Below, in pieces: positions 25,301 through 39,900 of a stretch of 64,000 nt of DNA (position 1 is the first letter of the stretch; every line of letters starts with the position of its first letter). Source of the DNA: Eledone cirrhosa (lineage: Eukaryota); the NCBI GenBank assembly GCA_964016885.1, contig OZ024745.1:65162001-65226000 (forward strand). The letters run 5' to 3'. The position numbers were made by a program, and so were the translations under genes. A model generated the notes under the pieces. It did no database searches. It had not been told where the DNA came from and saw only the letters and a program-made list of their open reading frames with translations.

Positions 25301-28300
25301 TTATTTGGGGATCCATTTTTTATTTGGGTGATCCATTTTTTATTTGGGTGATCCATTTTTTATTTGGGGGATCCATTATTTATTTGGGTGATCCATTTTT
25401 TATTTGGGTGATCCATTTTTTATTTGGGGGATCCATTTTTTATTTGGGTGATCCATTTTTTATTTGGGTGATCCATTTTTTATTTGGGGGATCCATTTTT
25501 TATTTGGGGGATCCATTTTTTATTTGGGTGATCCATTTTTATTTGGAGATCCATTTTGTATTTGGGTGATCCATTTTTAATTTGGGTGATCCATTTTTTA
25601 TTTGGGGGATCCATTTTTTATTTGGGTGATCCATTTTTTATTTGGGTGATCCATTTTTTATTTGGGGATCCATTTTTTATTTGGGTGATCCATTTTTTAT
25701 TTGGGTGATCCATTTTTTATTTGGGGGATACATTTTTTATTTGGGTGCTCCATTTTTTATTTGGGGGGTCCATTTTTTATTTGGGGGATCCATTTTTATT
25801 TGGGTGATCCATTTTTTATTTGGGGGATCCATTTTTTATTTGGGTGATCCCTTTTTTATTTGGGGGATCCATTTTTTATTTGGGTGATCCTTTTTTTATT
25901 TGGGGGATCCATTTTTTATTTGGGGGATTCATTTTTTATTTGGGTGATCCATTTTTTATTAGGGGGATCCATTTTTTATTTGGGTGATCCATTTTTATTT
26001 GGAGATCCATTTTTTGATTAGGTGATCCATTTTATAATTGGGTGATCCATTTTTTATTTGGGGGATCCATTTTTTATTTGGAGGATCCATTATTTATTTG
26101 GGTGATCCATTTTTTATTTGGGTGATCCATTTCTTATTTGGGTGATCCATTTTTTATTTGGGTTGATCCCTTTTTTATTTGGGGGATCCATTTTTTATTT
26201 GGGTGATCCATTTTTTATTTTGGGGATTCATTTTTTATTTGGGTGATCCATTTTTTATTTGGGTGATCCATTTTTTATTTGGGTGATCCATTTTTTATTT
26301 GGGTGATCCATTTTTTATTTGGGTGATCCATTTTTTATTTGAGGGACCCATTTTATATTTGGGTGATCCATTTTTTATTTGGGTGATCCATTTTTTATTT
26401 GGGGGATCCCTTTTTTATTTGGGGGATCCATTTTTTATTTGGGGGATCCATTTTTTATTTGGGGGATCCATTTTTATTTCGGGGATCCATTTTTTATTTG
26501 GGTGATTCATTTTTTATTTGGGGGATCCATTTTTTATTTGGGTGATCCATTTTTTTTATTTGGGGGTCCATTTTTTATTTGGGTGATCAATTTTTTATTT
26601 GGGTGATCCATTTTTTAATTGGGTGATCCATTTTTATTTGGGTGATCCATTTTTTACTTGGGGGATCCATTTTTTATTTGGGTGATCCATTTTTTATTTT
26701 GCTGATTCATTTTTTATTTGGGTGATTCATTTTTTATTTGGGGGATCCATTTTTTATTTGGGTGAACCATTTTTTATTTGGGGGGATCCATTTTTTATTT
26801 GGGTGATCCATTTTTTATTTGGGTGATCCATTTTTTATTTGGGGGATCCATTTTTTATTTGGGTGATCCATTTTTTATTTGGGGGATCCATTTTTTATTT
26901 GGGGGATTCATTTTTTATTTGGGTGATCCATTTTTTATTAGGGGGATCCATTTTTTATTTGGGTGATCCATTTTTATTTGGAGATCCATTTTTTATTTAG
27001 GTGATCCATTTTATAATTGGGTGATCCATTTTTTATTTGGGGGATCCATTTTTTATTTGGAGGATCCATTATTTATTTGGGTGATCCATTTTTTATTTGG
27101 GTGATCCATTTTTTATTTGGGTGATTCATTTTTTATTTGGGGGATCCATTTTTTATTTGGGGGGTCCATTTTTTATTTGGGGGATCCATTTTTATTTGGG
27201 TGATCCATTTTATATTTGGGGGATCCATTTTTTATTTGGGTGATCCATTTTTTATTTGGGTTGATCCCTTTTTTATTTGGGGGATCCATTTTTTATTTGG
27301 GTGATCCATTTTTTATTTGGAGGATCCACTTTTTATTTGGGTGATCCATTTTTTATTTGAGGGATCCATTTTATATTTGGGTGATCCATTTTTTATTTGG
27401 GGGATCCATTTTTTATTTGGGTGATCCATTTTTTATTTGGGGATCCATTTTTTATTTGGGTGATCCATTTTTTATTTGGGTGATCCATTTTTTATTTGGG
27501 GGATCCATTTTTTATTTGGGTGATTCATTTTTTAATTGGGGGGTCCATTTTTTATTTGGGGGATCCATTTTTATTTGGGTGATCCATTTTTTATTTGGGG
27601 GATCCATTTTTTATTTGGGTGATCCATTTTTTATTTGGGTTGATCCCTTTTTTATTTGGGGGATCCATTTTTTATTTGGGTGATCCATTTTTTATTTGGG
27701 GGATCCATTTTTTATTTGGGTGATCCATTTTTTATTTGAGGGATCCATTTTATATTTGGGTGATCCATTATTTATTTGGGGGATCCATTATTTATTTGGG
27801 TGATCCATTTTTTATTTGGGTGATCCATTTTTTATTTGGGTGATCCATTTTTTATTTGGGTGATCCATTTTTTATTTGGGGATCCATTTTTTATTTGGGT
27901 GATCCATTTTTTATTTGGGTGATCCATTTTTTATTTGGGGGATCCATTTTTTATTTGGGTGATCCATTTTTTATTTGGGGATCCATTTTTTATTTGGGTG
28001 ATCCATTTTTTATTTGGGTGATCCATTTTTTATTTGGGGGATCCATTTTTTATTTGGGTGATCCATTTTTTATTTGGGGGTCCATTTTTTATTTGGGGGA
28101 TCCATTTTTATTTGGGTGATCCATTTTTTATTTGGGGGATCCATTTTTTATTTGAGTGATCCATTTTTTATTTGGGTTGATCCCTTTTTTATTTGGGGGA
28201 TCCATTTTTTATTTGGGTGATCCATTTTTTATTTGGGGGATCCATTTTTTATTTGGGGGATCCATTTTTTATTTGGTTGATCCATTTTTTATTAGGGGGA

Positions 28301-30349
28301 TCCATATTTTATTTGGGTGATCCATTTTAATTTGGAGATCCATTTTTTGTTTAGGTGATCCATTTTATAATTGGGTGATCCATTTTTTATTTGGGGGATC
28401 CATTTTTTATTTGGGGGATCCATTATTTATTTGGGTGATCCATTTTTTATTTGGGTGATCCATTTTTTATTTGGGTGATCCATTTTTTATTTGGGTGATC
28501 CATTTTTTATTTGGGTGATCCATTTTTTATTTGGGGGATCCATTATTTATTTGGGTGATCCATTTTTTATTTGGGTGATCCATTTTTTATTTGGGGGATC
28601 CATTTTTTATTTGGGTGATCCATTTTTTATTTGGGTGATCCATTTTTTATTTGGGGGATCCATTTTTTATTTGGGGGATCCATTTTTTATTTGGGTGATC
28701 CATTTTTATTTGGAGATCCATTTTGTATTTGGGTGATCCATTTTTAATTTGGGTGATCCATTTTTTATTTGGGGGATCCATTTTTTATTTGGGTGATCCA
28801 TTTTTTATTTGGGTGATCCATTTTTTATTTGGGGATCCATTTTTTATTTGGGTGATCCATTTTTTATTTGGGTGATCCATTTTTTATTTGGGGGATACAT
28901 TTTTTATTTGGGTGCTCCATTTTTTATTTGGGGGGTCCATTTTTTATTTGGGGGATCCATTTTTATTTGGGTGATCCATTTTTTATTTGGGGGATCCATT
29001 TTTTATTTGGGTGATCCCTTTTTTATTTGGGGGATCCATTTTTTATTTGGGTGATCCTTTTTTTATTTGGGGGATCCATTTTTTATTTGGGGGATTCATT
29101 TTTTATTTGGGTGATTCATTTTTTATTAGGGGGATCCATTTTTTATTTGGGTGATCCATTTTTATTTGGAGATCCATTTTTTATTTAGGTGATCCATTTT
29201 ATAATTGGGTGATCCATTTTTTATTTGGGGGATCCATTTTTTATTTGGAGGATCCATTATTTATTTGGGTGATCCATTTTTTATTTGGGTGATCCATTTT
29301 TTATTTGGGTGATCCATTTTTTATTTGGGTTGATCCCTTTTTTATTTGGGGGATCCATTTTTTATTTGGGTGATCCATTTTTTATTTTGGGGATTCATTT
29401 TTTATTTGGGTGATCCATTTTTTATTTGGGTGATCCATTTTTTATTTGGGTGATCCATTTTTTATTTGGGTGATCCATTTTTTATTTGGGTGATCCATTT
29501 TTTATTTGAGGGACCCATTTTATATTTGGGTGATCCATTTTTTATTTGGGTGATCCATTTTTTATTTGGGGGATCCCTTTTTTATTTGGGGGATCCATTT
29601 TTTATTTGGGGGATCCATTTTTTATTTGGGGGATCCATTTTTTATTTCGGGGATCCATTTTTTATTTGGGTGATTCATTTTTTATTTGGGGGATCCATTT
29701 TTTATTTGGGTGATCCATTTTTTTTATTTGGGGGTACATTTTTTATTTGGGTGATCCATTTTTTATTTGGGTGATCCATTTTTTAATTGGGTGATCCATT
29801 TTTATTTGGGTGATCCATTTTTTACTTGGGGGATCCATTTTTTATTTGGGTGATCCATTTTTTATTTTGCTGATTCATTTTTTATTTGGGTGATTCATTT
29901 TTTATTTGGGGGATCCATTTTTTATTTGGGTGAACCATTTTTTATTTGGGGGGATCCATTTTTTATTTGGGTGATCCATTTTTTATTTGGGTGATCCATT
30001 TTTTATTTGGGGGATCCATTTTTTATTTGGGTGATCCATTTTTTATTTGGGGGATCCATTTTTTATTTGGGGGATTCATTTTTTATTTGGGTGATCCATT
30101 TTTTATTAGGGGGATCCATTTTTTATTTGGGTGATCCATTTTTATTTGGAGATCCATTTTTTATTTAGGTGATCCATTTTATAATTGGGTGATCCATTTT
30201 TTATTTGGGGGATCCATTTTTTATTTGGAGGATCCATTATTTATTTGGGTGATCCATTTTTTATTTGGGTGATCCATTTTTTATTTGGGTGATTCATTTT
30301 TTATTTGGGGGATCCATTTTTTATTTGGGGGGTCCATTTTTTATTTGGG

Positions 30350-30990
30350 GGATCCAATTTTTATTTGGGTGATCCATTTTATATTTGGGGGATCCATTTT
30401 TTATTTGGGTGATCCATTTTTTATTTGGGTTGATCCCTTTTTTATTTGGGGGATCCATTTTTTATTTGGGTGATCCATTTTTTATTTGGAGGATCCACTT
30501 TTTATTTGGGTGATCCATTTTTTATTTGAGGGATCCATTTTATATTTGGGTGATCCATTTTTTATTTGGGGGATCCATTATTTATTTGGGTGATCCATTT
30601 TTTATTTGGGTGATTCATTTTTTATTTGGGTGATCCATTTTTTATTTGGGGGATCCATTTTTTATTTGGGGGATCCATTTTTATTTGGGTGATCCATTTT
30701 ATATTTGGGGGATCCATTTTTTATTTGGGTGATCCATTTTTTATTTGGGTTGATCCCTTTTTTATTTGGGGGATCCATTTTTTATTTGGGTGATCCATTT
30801 TTTATTTGGAGGATCCACTTTTTATTTGGGTGATCCATTTTTTATTTGAGGGATCCATTTTATATTTGGGTGATCCATTTTTTATTTGGGGGATCCATTA
30901 TTTATTTGGGTGATCCATTTTTTATTTGGGTGATTCATTTTTTATTTGGGTGATCCATTTTTTATTTGGGTGATCCATTTTTTATTTGGG
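30350..30990 (+). repeat. 320-bp (16-monomer) tandem duplication, also present at ~42820-43450
   Basis: TGATCCC at 30431/30751 and GGATCCACTT at 30491/30811. The same pairs occur at 42892/43212 and 42952/43272. Confidence 0.88.
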
Positions 30991-33900
30991 GGATACATTT
31001 TTTATTTGGGTGATCCATTTTTTATTTGGGGGGGTCCATTTTTTATTTGGGGGATCCATTTTTATTTGGGTGATCCATTTTTTATTTGGGGGATCCATTT
31101 TTTATTTGGGTGATCCCTTTTTTATTTGGGGGATCCATTTTTTATTTGGGTGATCCATTTTTTATTTGGGGGATCCATTTTTTATTTGGGTGATCCATTT
31201 TTTATTTGGGGGATCCATTTTTTATTTGGGTGATCCATTTTTTATTTGGGGGATCCATTTTTTATTTCGGGGATCCATTTTATATTTGGGTGATTCATTT
31301 TTTATTTGGGGGATCCATTTTTTATTTTGGGTAATCCATTTTTTATTAGGGGGATCCATTTTTTATTTGGGTGATCCATTTTTATTTGTAGATCCATTTT
31401 TTATTTGGGTGATCCATTTTTTAATTGGATGATCCATTTTTTATTTGGGGGATCCATTTTTTATTTGGGGGATCCATTATTTATTTGGGTGATCCATTTT
31501 TTATTTGGGTGATCCATTTTTTATTCGGGGGATCCATTTTTTATTTGGGTGATCCATTTTTTATTTGGGTGATCCATTTTTTAATTGGGGATCCATTTTT
31601 TATTTAGTTGATCCATTTTTTAATTGGGTGATGCATTTTTTATTTGGGGGATCCATTTTTTATTTGGGGGATCCATTTTTTATTTGGGGGATCCATTGTT
31701 TATTTGGGTGATCCATTTTTTATTTGGGTGATCCATTTTTTATTTGGGGGATCCATTTTGTATTTGGGTGATCCATTTTTTATTTGGGTGATCCATTTTT
31801 TATTTGGGTGATCCATTTTTTATTTGTGGGATCCATTTTTTATTTGGGTGATCCATTTTTTATTTGGGGGATCCTTTTTTTATTTGGGTGATCCATTTTT
31901 TATTTGGGTGATCCATTTTTTATTTGGGGGATCCATTTTTTATTTGGGTGATCCATTTTTTATTTGGGTGATCCATTTTTTATTTGGGGGATCCATTTTT
32001 TATTTGGGTGATCCATTTTTTATTTGGGGGATCCATTTTTTATTTGGGGGATCCATTTTTTATTTGGGGATCCATTTTTTATTTGGGTGATCCATTTTTT
32101 ATTTGGGTGATCCATTTTTTATTTGGGGGATCCATTATTTATTTGGGTGATCCATTTTTTATTTGGGTGATCCATTTTTTATTTGGGGGATCCATTTTTT
32201 ATTTGGGTGATCCATTTTTTATTTGGGTGATCCATTTTTTATTTGGGGGATCCATTTTTTATTTGGGGGATCCATTTTTTATTTGGGTGATCCATTTTTA
32301 TTTGGAGATCCATTTTGTATTTGGGTGATCCATTTTTTAATTGGGTGATCCATTTTTTATTTGGGTGATCCATTTTTTATTTGGGTGGTCCATTTTTTAT
32401 TTGGGTGATCCATTTTTTATTTGGTGGATCGATTTTTTATTTGGGTGATCCATTTTTTATTTGGGGATCCATTTTTTATTTGGGTGATCCATTTTTTATT
32501 TGGGTGATCCATTTTTTATTTGGGGGATCCATTATTTATTTGGGTGATCCATTTTTTATTTGGGTGATCCATTTTTTATTTGGGGGATCCATTTTTTATT
32601 TGGGTGATCCATTTTTTATTTGGGTGATCCATTTTTTATTTGGGGGATCCATTTTTTATTTGGGGGATCCATTTTTTATTTGGGTGATCCATTTTTATTT
32701 GGAGATCCATTTTGTATTTGGGTGATCCATTTTTAATTTGGGTGATCCATTTTTTATTTGGGGGATCCATTTTTTATTTGGGTGATCCATTTTTTATTTG
32801 GGTGATCCATTTTTTATTTGGGGATCCATTTTTTATTTGGGTGATCCATTTTTTATTTGGGTGATCCATTTTTTATTTGGGGGATACATTTTTTATTTGG
32901 GTGCTCCATTTTTTATTTGGGGGGTCCATTTTTTATTTGGGGGATCCATTTTTATTTGGGTGATCCATTTTTTATTTGGGGGATCCATTTTTTATTTGGG
33001 TGATCCCTTTTTTATTTGGGGGATCCATTTTTTATTTGGGTGATCCTTTTTTTATTTGGGGGATCCATTTTTTATTTGGGGGATTCATTTTTTATTTGGG
33101 TGATCCATTTTTTATTAGGGGGATCCATTTTTTATTTGGGTGATCCATTTTTATTTGGAGATCCATTTTTTAATTAGGTGATCCATTTTATAATTGGGTG
33201 ATCCATTTTTTATTTGGGGGATCCATTTTTTATTTGGAGGATCCATTATTTATTTGGGTGATCCATTTTTTATTTGGGTGATCCATTTTTTATTTGGGTG
33301 ATCCATTTTTTATTTGGGTTGATCCCTTTTTTATTTGGGGGATCCATTTTTTATTTGGGTGATCCATTTTTTATTTTGGGGATTCATTTTTTATTTGGGT
33401 GATCCATTTTTTATTTGGGTGATCCATTTTTTATTTGGGTGATCCATTTTTTATTTGGGTGATCCATTTTTTATTTGGGGGATCCATTTTTTATTTGGGT
33501 GATCCATTTTTTATTTGGGTGATCCATTTTTTATTTGAGTGATCCATTTTATATTTGGGTGATCCATTTTTTATATGGGTGATCCATTTTTTATTTGGGG
33601 GATCCATTTTTTATTTGGGGGATCCATTTTTTATTTGGGGGATCCATTTTTTATTTGGGGGATCCATTTTTTATTTCGGGGATCCATTTTTTATTTGGGT
33701 GATTCATTTTTTATTTGGGGGATCCATTTTTTATTTGGGTAATCCATTTTTTTTATTTGGGGGTCCATTTTTTATTTGGGTGATCCATTTTTTATTTGGA
33801 TGATCCATTTTTTAATTGGGTGATCCATTTTTATTTGGGTGATCCATTTTTTACTTGGGGGATCCATTTTTTATTTGGGTGATCCATTTTTTATTTTGCT

Positions 33901-36900
33901 GATTCATTTTTTATTTGGGTGATCCATTTTTTATTTGGGGGATCCATTTTTTATTTGGGTGAACCATTTTTTATTTGGGAGATCCATTTTTTATTTGGGT
34001 GATCCATTTTTTATTTGGGTGATCCATTTTTTATTTGGGGGATCCATTTTTTATTTGGGTGATCCATTTTTTATTTGGGTGATCCATTTTTTATTTGGGG
34101 GATCCATTTTTTATTTGGGGGATCCATTTTTTATTTGGGTGATCCATTTTTATTTGGAGATCCATTTTGTATTTGGGTGATCCATTTTTTAATTGGGTGA
34201 TCCATTTTTTATTTGGGTGATCCATTTTTTATTTGGGTGGTCCATTTTTTATTTGGGTGATCCATTTTTTATTTGGGGGATCGATTTTTTATTTGGGTGA
34301 TCCATTTTTTATTTGGGGATCCATTTTTTATTTGGGTGATCCATTTTTTATTTGGGTGATCCATTTTTTATTTGGGGGATCCATTATTTATTTGGGTGAT
34401 CCATTTTTTATTTGGGTGATCCATTTTTTATTTGGGGGATCCATTTTTTATTTGGGTGATCCATTTTTTATTTGGGTGATCCATTTTTTATTTGGGGGAT
34501 CCATTTTTTATTTGGGGGATCCATTTTTTATTTGGGTGATCCATTTTTATTTGGAGATCCATTTTGTATTTGGGTGATCCATTTTTAATTTGGGTGATCC
34601 ATTTTTTATTTGGGGGATCCATTTTTTATTTGGGTGATCCATTTTTTATTTGGGTGATCCATTTTTTATTTGGGGATCCATTTTTTATTTGGGTGATCCA
34701 TTTTTTATTTGGGTGATCCATTTTTTATTTGGGGGATACATTTTTTATTTGGGTGCTCCATTTTTTATTTGGGGGGTCCATTTTTTATTTGGGGGATCCA
34801 TTTTTATTTGGGTGATCCATTTTTTATTTGGGGGATCCATTTTTTATTTGGGTGATCCCTTTTTTATTTGGGGGATCCATTTTTTATTTGGGTGATCCTT
34901 TTTTTATTTGGGGGATCCATTTTTTATTTGGGGGATTCATTTTTTATTTGGGTGATCCATTTTTTATTAGGGGGATCCATTTTTTATTTGGGTGATCCAT
35001 TTTTATTTGGAGATCCATTTTTTATTTAGGTGATCCATTTTATAATTGGGTGATCCATTTTTTATTTGGGGGATCCATTTTTTATTTGGAGGATCCATTA
35101 TTTATTTGGGTGATCCATTTTTTATTTGGGTGATCCATTTTTTATTTGGGTGATCCATTTTTTATTTGGGTTGATCCCTTTTTTATTTGGGGGATCCATT
35201 TTTTATTTGGGTGATCCATTTTTTATTTTGGGGATTCATTTTTTATTTGGGTGATCCATTTTTTATTTGGGTGATCCATTTTTTATTTGGGTGATCCATT
35301 TTTTATTTGGGTGATCCATTTTTTATTTGGGTGATCCATTTTTTATTTGAGGGACCCATTTTATATTTGGGTGATCCATTTTTTATTTGGGTGATCCATT
35401 TTTTATTTGGGGGATCCCTTTTTTATTTGGGGGATCCATTTTTTATTTGGGGGATCCATTTTTTATTTGGGGGATCCATTTTTTATTTCGGGGATCCATT
35501 TTTTATTTGGGTGATTCATTTTTTATTTGGGGGATCCATTTTTTATTTGGGTGATCCATTTTTTTTATTTGGGGGTCCATTTTTTATTTGGGTGATCCAT
35601 TTTTTATTTGGGTGATCCATTTTTTAATTGGGTGATCCATTTTTATTTGGGTGATCCATTTTTTACTTGGGGGATCCATTTTTTATTTGGGTGATCCATT
35701 TTTTATTTTGCTGATTCATTTTTTATTTGGGTGAACCATTTTTTATTTGGGGGGATCCATTTTTTATTTGGGTGATCCATTTTTTATTTGGGTGATCCAT
35801 TTTTTATTTGGGGGATCCATTTTTTATTTGGGTGATCCATTTTTTATTTGGGGGATCCATTTTTTATTTGGGGGATTCATTTTTTATTTGGGTGATCCAT
35901 TTTTTATTAGGGGGATCCATTTTTTATTTGGGTGATCCATTTTTATTTGGAGATCCATTTTTTATTTAGGTGATCCATTTTATAATTGGGTGATCCATTT
36001 TTTATTTGGGGGATCCATTTTTTATTTGGAGGATCCATTATTTATTTGGGTGATCCATTTTTTATTTGGGTGATCCATTTTTTATTTGGGTGATTCATTT
36101 TTTATTTGGGGGATCCATTTTTTATTTGGGTGATCCATTTTTTTTATTTGGGGGTCCATTTTTTATTTGGGTGATCCATTTTTTATTTGGGTGATCCATT
36201 TTTTAATTGGGTGATCCATTTTTATTTGGGTGATCCATTTTTTACTTGGGGGATCCATTTTTTATTTGGGTGATCCATTTTTTATTTTGCTGATTCATTT
36301 TTTATTTGGGTGATCCATTTTTTATTTGGGGGATCCATTTTTTATTTGGGTGAACCATTTTTATTTGGGGGATCCATTTTTTATTTGGGTGATCCATTTT
36401 TTATTTGGGTGATCCATTTTTTATTTGGGGGATCCATTTTTTATTTGGGTGATCCATTTTTTATTTGGGTGATCCATTTTTTATTTGGGGGATCCATTTT
36501 TTATTTGGGGGATCCATTTTTTATTTGGGTGATCCATTTTTATTTGGAGATCCATTTTGTATTTGGGTGATCCATTTTGTATTTGGGGGATCCATTTTTT
36601 AATTGGGTGATCCATTTTTTATTTGGGGGATCCATTTTTTATTTGGGAGATCCATTTTTTATTTGGGGGATCCATTGTTTATTTGGGTGATCCATTTTTT
36701 ATTTGGGTGATCCATTTTTTATTTGGGGGATCCATTTTTTATTTGGGTGATCCATTTTTTATTTGGGTGATCCATTTTTTATTTGGGTGATCCATTTTTT
36801 ATTTGTGGGATCCATTTTTTATTTGGGTGATCCATTTTTTATTTGGGGGATCCTTTTTTTATTTGGGTGATCCATTTTTTATTTGGGTGATCCATTTTTT

Positions 36901-39900
36901 ATTTGGGGGATCCATTTTTTATTTGGGTGATCCATTTTTTATTTGCGTGATACATTTTTTATTTGGGGGATCCATTTTTTATTTGGGTGATCCATTTTTT
37001 ATTTGGGGGATCCATTTTTTATTTGGGGGATCCATTTTTTATTTGGGTGATCCATTTTTTATTTGGGTGATCCATTTTTTATTTGGGGGGATCCATTTTT
37101 TATTTGGGTGATCCATTTTTTATTTGGGGGATCCATTTTTTATTTGGGTGATCCATTTTTTATTTGGGGGATCCATTTTTTATTTGGGTGATCCATTTTT
37201 TATTTGGGTGATCCATTTTTTAATTGGGTGATCCATTTTTTATTTGGGGGATGCATTTTTTATTTGGGTGATCCATTTTTTAGTTGGGTGGTCCATTTTT
37301 TATTTGGGTGATCCATTCTTTTTTTGGGGGATCCATTTTTTATTTGGGTGATCCATTTTTTATTTGGGGATCCATTTTTTATTTGGGTGATCCATTTTTT
37401 ATTTGGGTGATCCATTTTTTATTTGGGGGATCCATTTTTTATTTGGGTGATTCATTTTTTATTTGGGGGGTCCATTTTTTATTTGGGGGATCCATTTTTA
37501 TTTGGGTGATCCATTTTTTATTTGGGGGATCCATTTTTTATTTGGGTGATCCATTTTTTATTTGGGTTGATCCCTTTTTTATTTGGGGGATCCATTTTTT
37601 ATTTGGGTGATCCATTTTTTATTTGGAGGATCCACTTTTTATTTGGGTGATCCATTTTTTATTTGAGGGATCCATTTTATATTTGGGTGATCCATTTTTT
37701 ATTTGGGGGATCCATTATTTATTTGGGTGATCCATTTTTTATTTGGGTGATCCATTTTTTATTTGGGTGATCCATTTTTTATTTGGGTGATCCATTTTTT
37801 ATTTGGGGGATCCATTTTTTATTTGGGTGATCCATTTTTTATTTGGGTGATCCATTTTTTATTTGGGGGATCCATTTTTTATTTGGGTGATCCATTTTTT
37901 ATTTGGGGGATCCATTTTTTATTTGGGGGATCCATTTTTTATTTGGGTGATCCATTTTTTATATGGGTGATCCATTTTTTATTTGGGGGGATCCATTTTT
38001 AATTTGGGTGATCCATTTTTTATTTGGGGGATCCATTTTTTATTTGGGTGATCCATTTTTTATTTGGGGGATCCATTTTTTATTTGGGTGATCCATTTTT
38101 TATTTGGGTGATCAATTTTTTAATTGGGTGATCCATTTTTTATTTGGGGGATCCATTTTTTATCTGGGTGATCCATTTTTTAGTTGGGTGGTCCATTTTT
38201 TATTTGGGTGATCCATTTTTTATTTGGGGGATCCATTTTTTATTTGGGTGATCCATTTTTTATTTGGGTGATCCATTTTTTATTTGGGGGATCCATTTTT
38301 TATTTGGGTGATCCATTTTTTATTTGGGGATCCATTTTTTGTTTGGGTGATCCATTTTTTATTTGGGTGATCCATTTTTTATTTGGGGGATCCATTTTTT
38401 ATTTGGGTGATCCATTTTTTATTTGGGGGTCCATTTTTTATTTGGGGGATCCATTTTTATTTGGGTGATCCATTTTTTATTTGGGGGATCCATTTTTTAT
38501 TTGGGTGATCCATTTTTTATTTGGGTTGATCCCTTTTTTATTTGGGGGATCCATTTTTTATTTGGGTGATCCATTTTTTATTTGGGGGATCCATTTTTTA
38601 TTTGGGGGATCCATTTTTTATTTGGTTGATCCATTTTTTATTAGGGGGATCCATTTTTTATTTGGGTGATCCATTTTAATTTGGAGATCCATTTTTTGTT
38701 TAGGTGATCCATTTTATAATTGGGTGATCCATTTTTTATTTGGGGGATCCATTTTTTATTTGGGGGATCCATTTTTTATTTGGGTGATCCATTTTTTATT
38801 TTGCTGATTCATTTTTTATTTGGGTGATCCATTTTTTATTTGGGGGATCCATTTTTTATTTGGGTGAACCATTTTTTATTTGGGAGATCCATTTTTTATT
38901 TGGGTGATCCATTTTTTATTTGGGTGATCCATTTTTTATTTGGGGGATCCATTTTTTATTTGGGTGATCCATTTTTTATTTGGGTGATCCATTTTTTATT
39001 TGGGGGATCCATTTTTTATTTGGGGGATCCATTTTTTATTTGGGGGATCCATTTTTTATTTGGGTGATCCATTTTTATTTGGAGATCCATTTTGTATTTG
39101 GGTGATCCATTTTTTAATTGGGTGATCCATTTTTTATTTGGGTGATCCATTTTTTATTTGGGGGATCCATTTTTTATTTGGGTGATCCATTTTTTATTTG
39201 GGTGGTCCATTTTTTATTTGGGTGATTCATTTTTTATTTGGGGGATCCATTTTTTATTTGGGTGATCCATTTTTTATTTGGGGATCCATTTTTTATTTGG
39301 GTGATCCATTTTTTATTTGGGTGATCCATTTTTTATTTGGGGGATACATTTTTTATTTGGGTGATCCATTTTTTATTTGGGGGGGTCCATTTTTTATTTG
39401 GGGGATCCATTTTTTATTTGGGTGATCCATTTTTTATTTGGGGGATCCATTTTTTATTTGGGGGATTCATTTTTTATTTGGGTGATCCATTTTTTATTAG
39501 GGGGATCCATTTTTTATTTGGGTGATCCATTTTTATTTGGAGATCCATTTTTTATTTAGGTGATCCATTTTATAATTGGGTGATCCATTTTTTATTTGGG
39601 GGATCCATTTTTTATTTGGGGGATCCATTATTTATTTGGGTGATCCATTTTTTATTTGGGTGATCCATTTTTTATTTGGGTGATCCATTTTTTATTTGGG
39701 TGATCCATTTTTTATTTGGGTGATCCATTTTTTATTTGGGGGATCCATTTTTTATTTGGGTGATCCATTTTTTATTTGGGGGATCCATTTTTTATTTGGG
39801 TGATCCATTTTTTATTTGGGGGATCCATTTTTTATTTCGGGGATCCATTTTTTATTTGGGTGATTCATTTTTTATTTGGGGGATCCATTTTTTATTTTGG

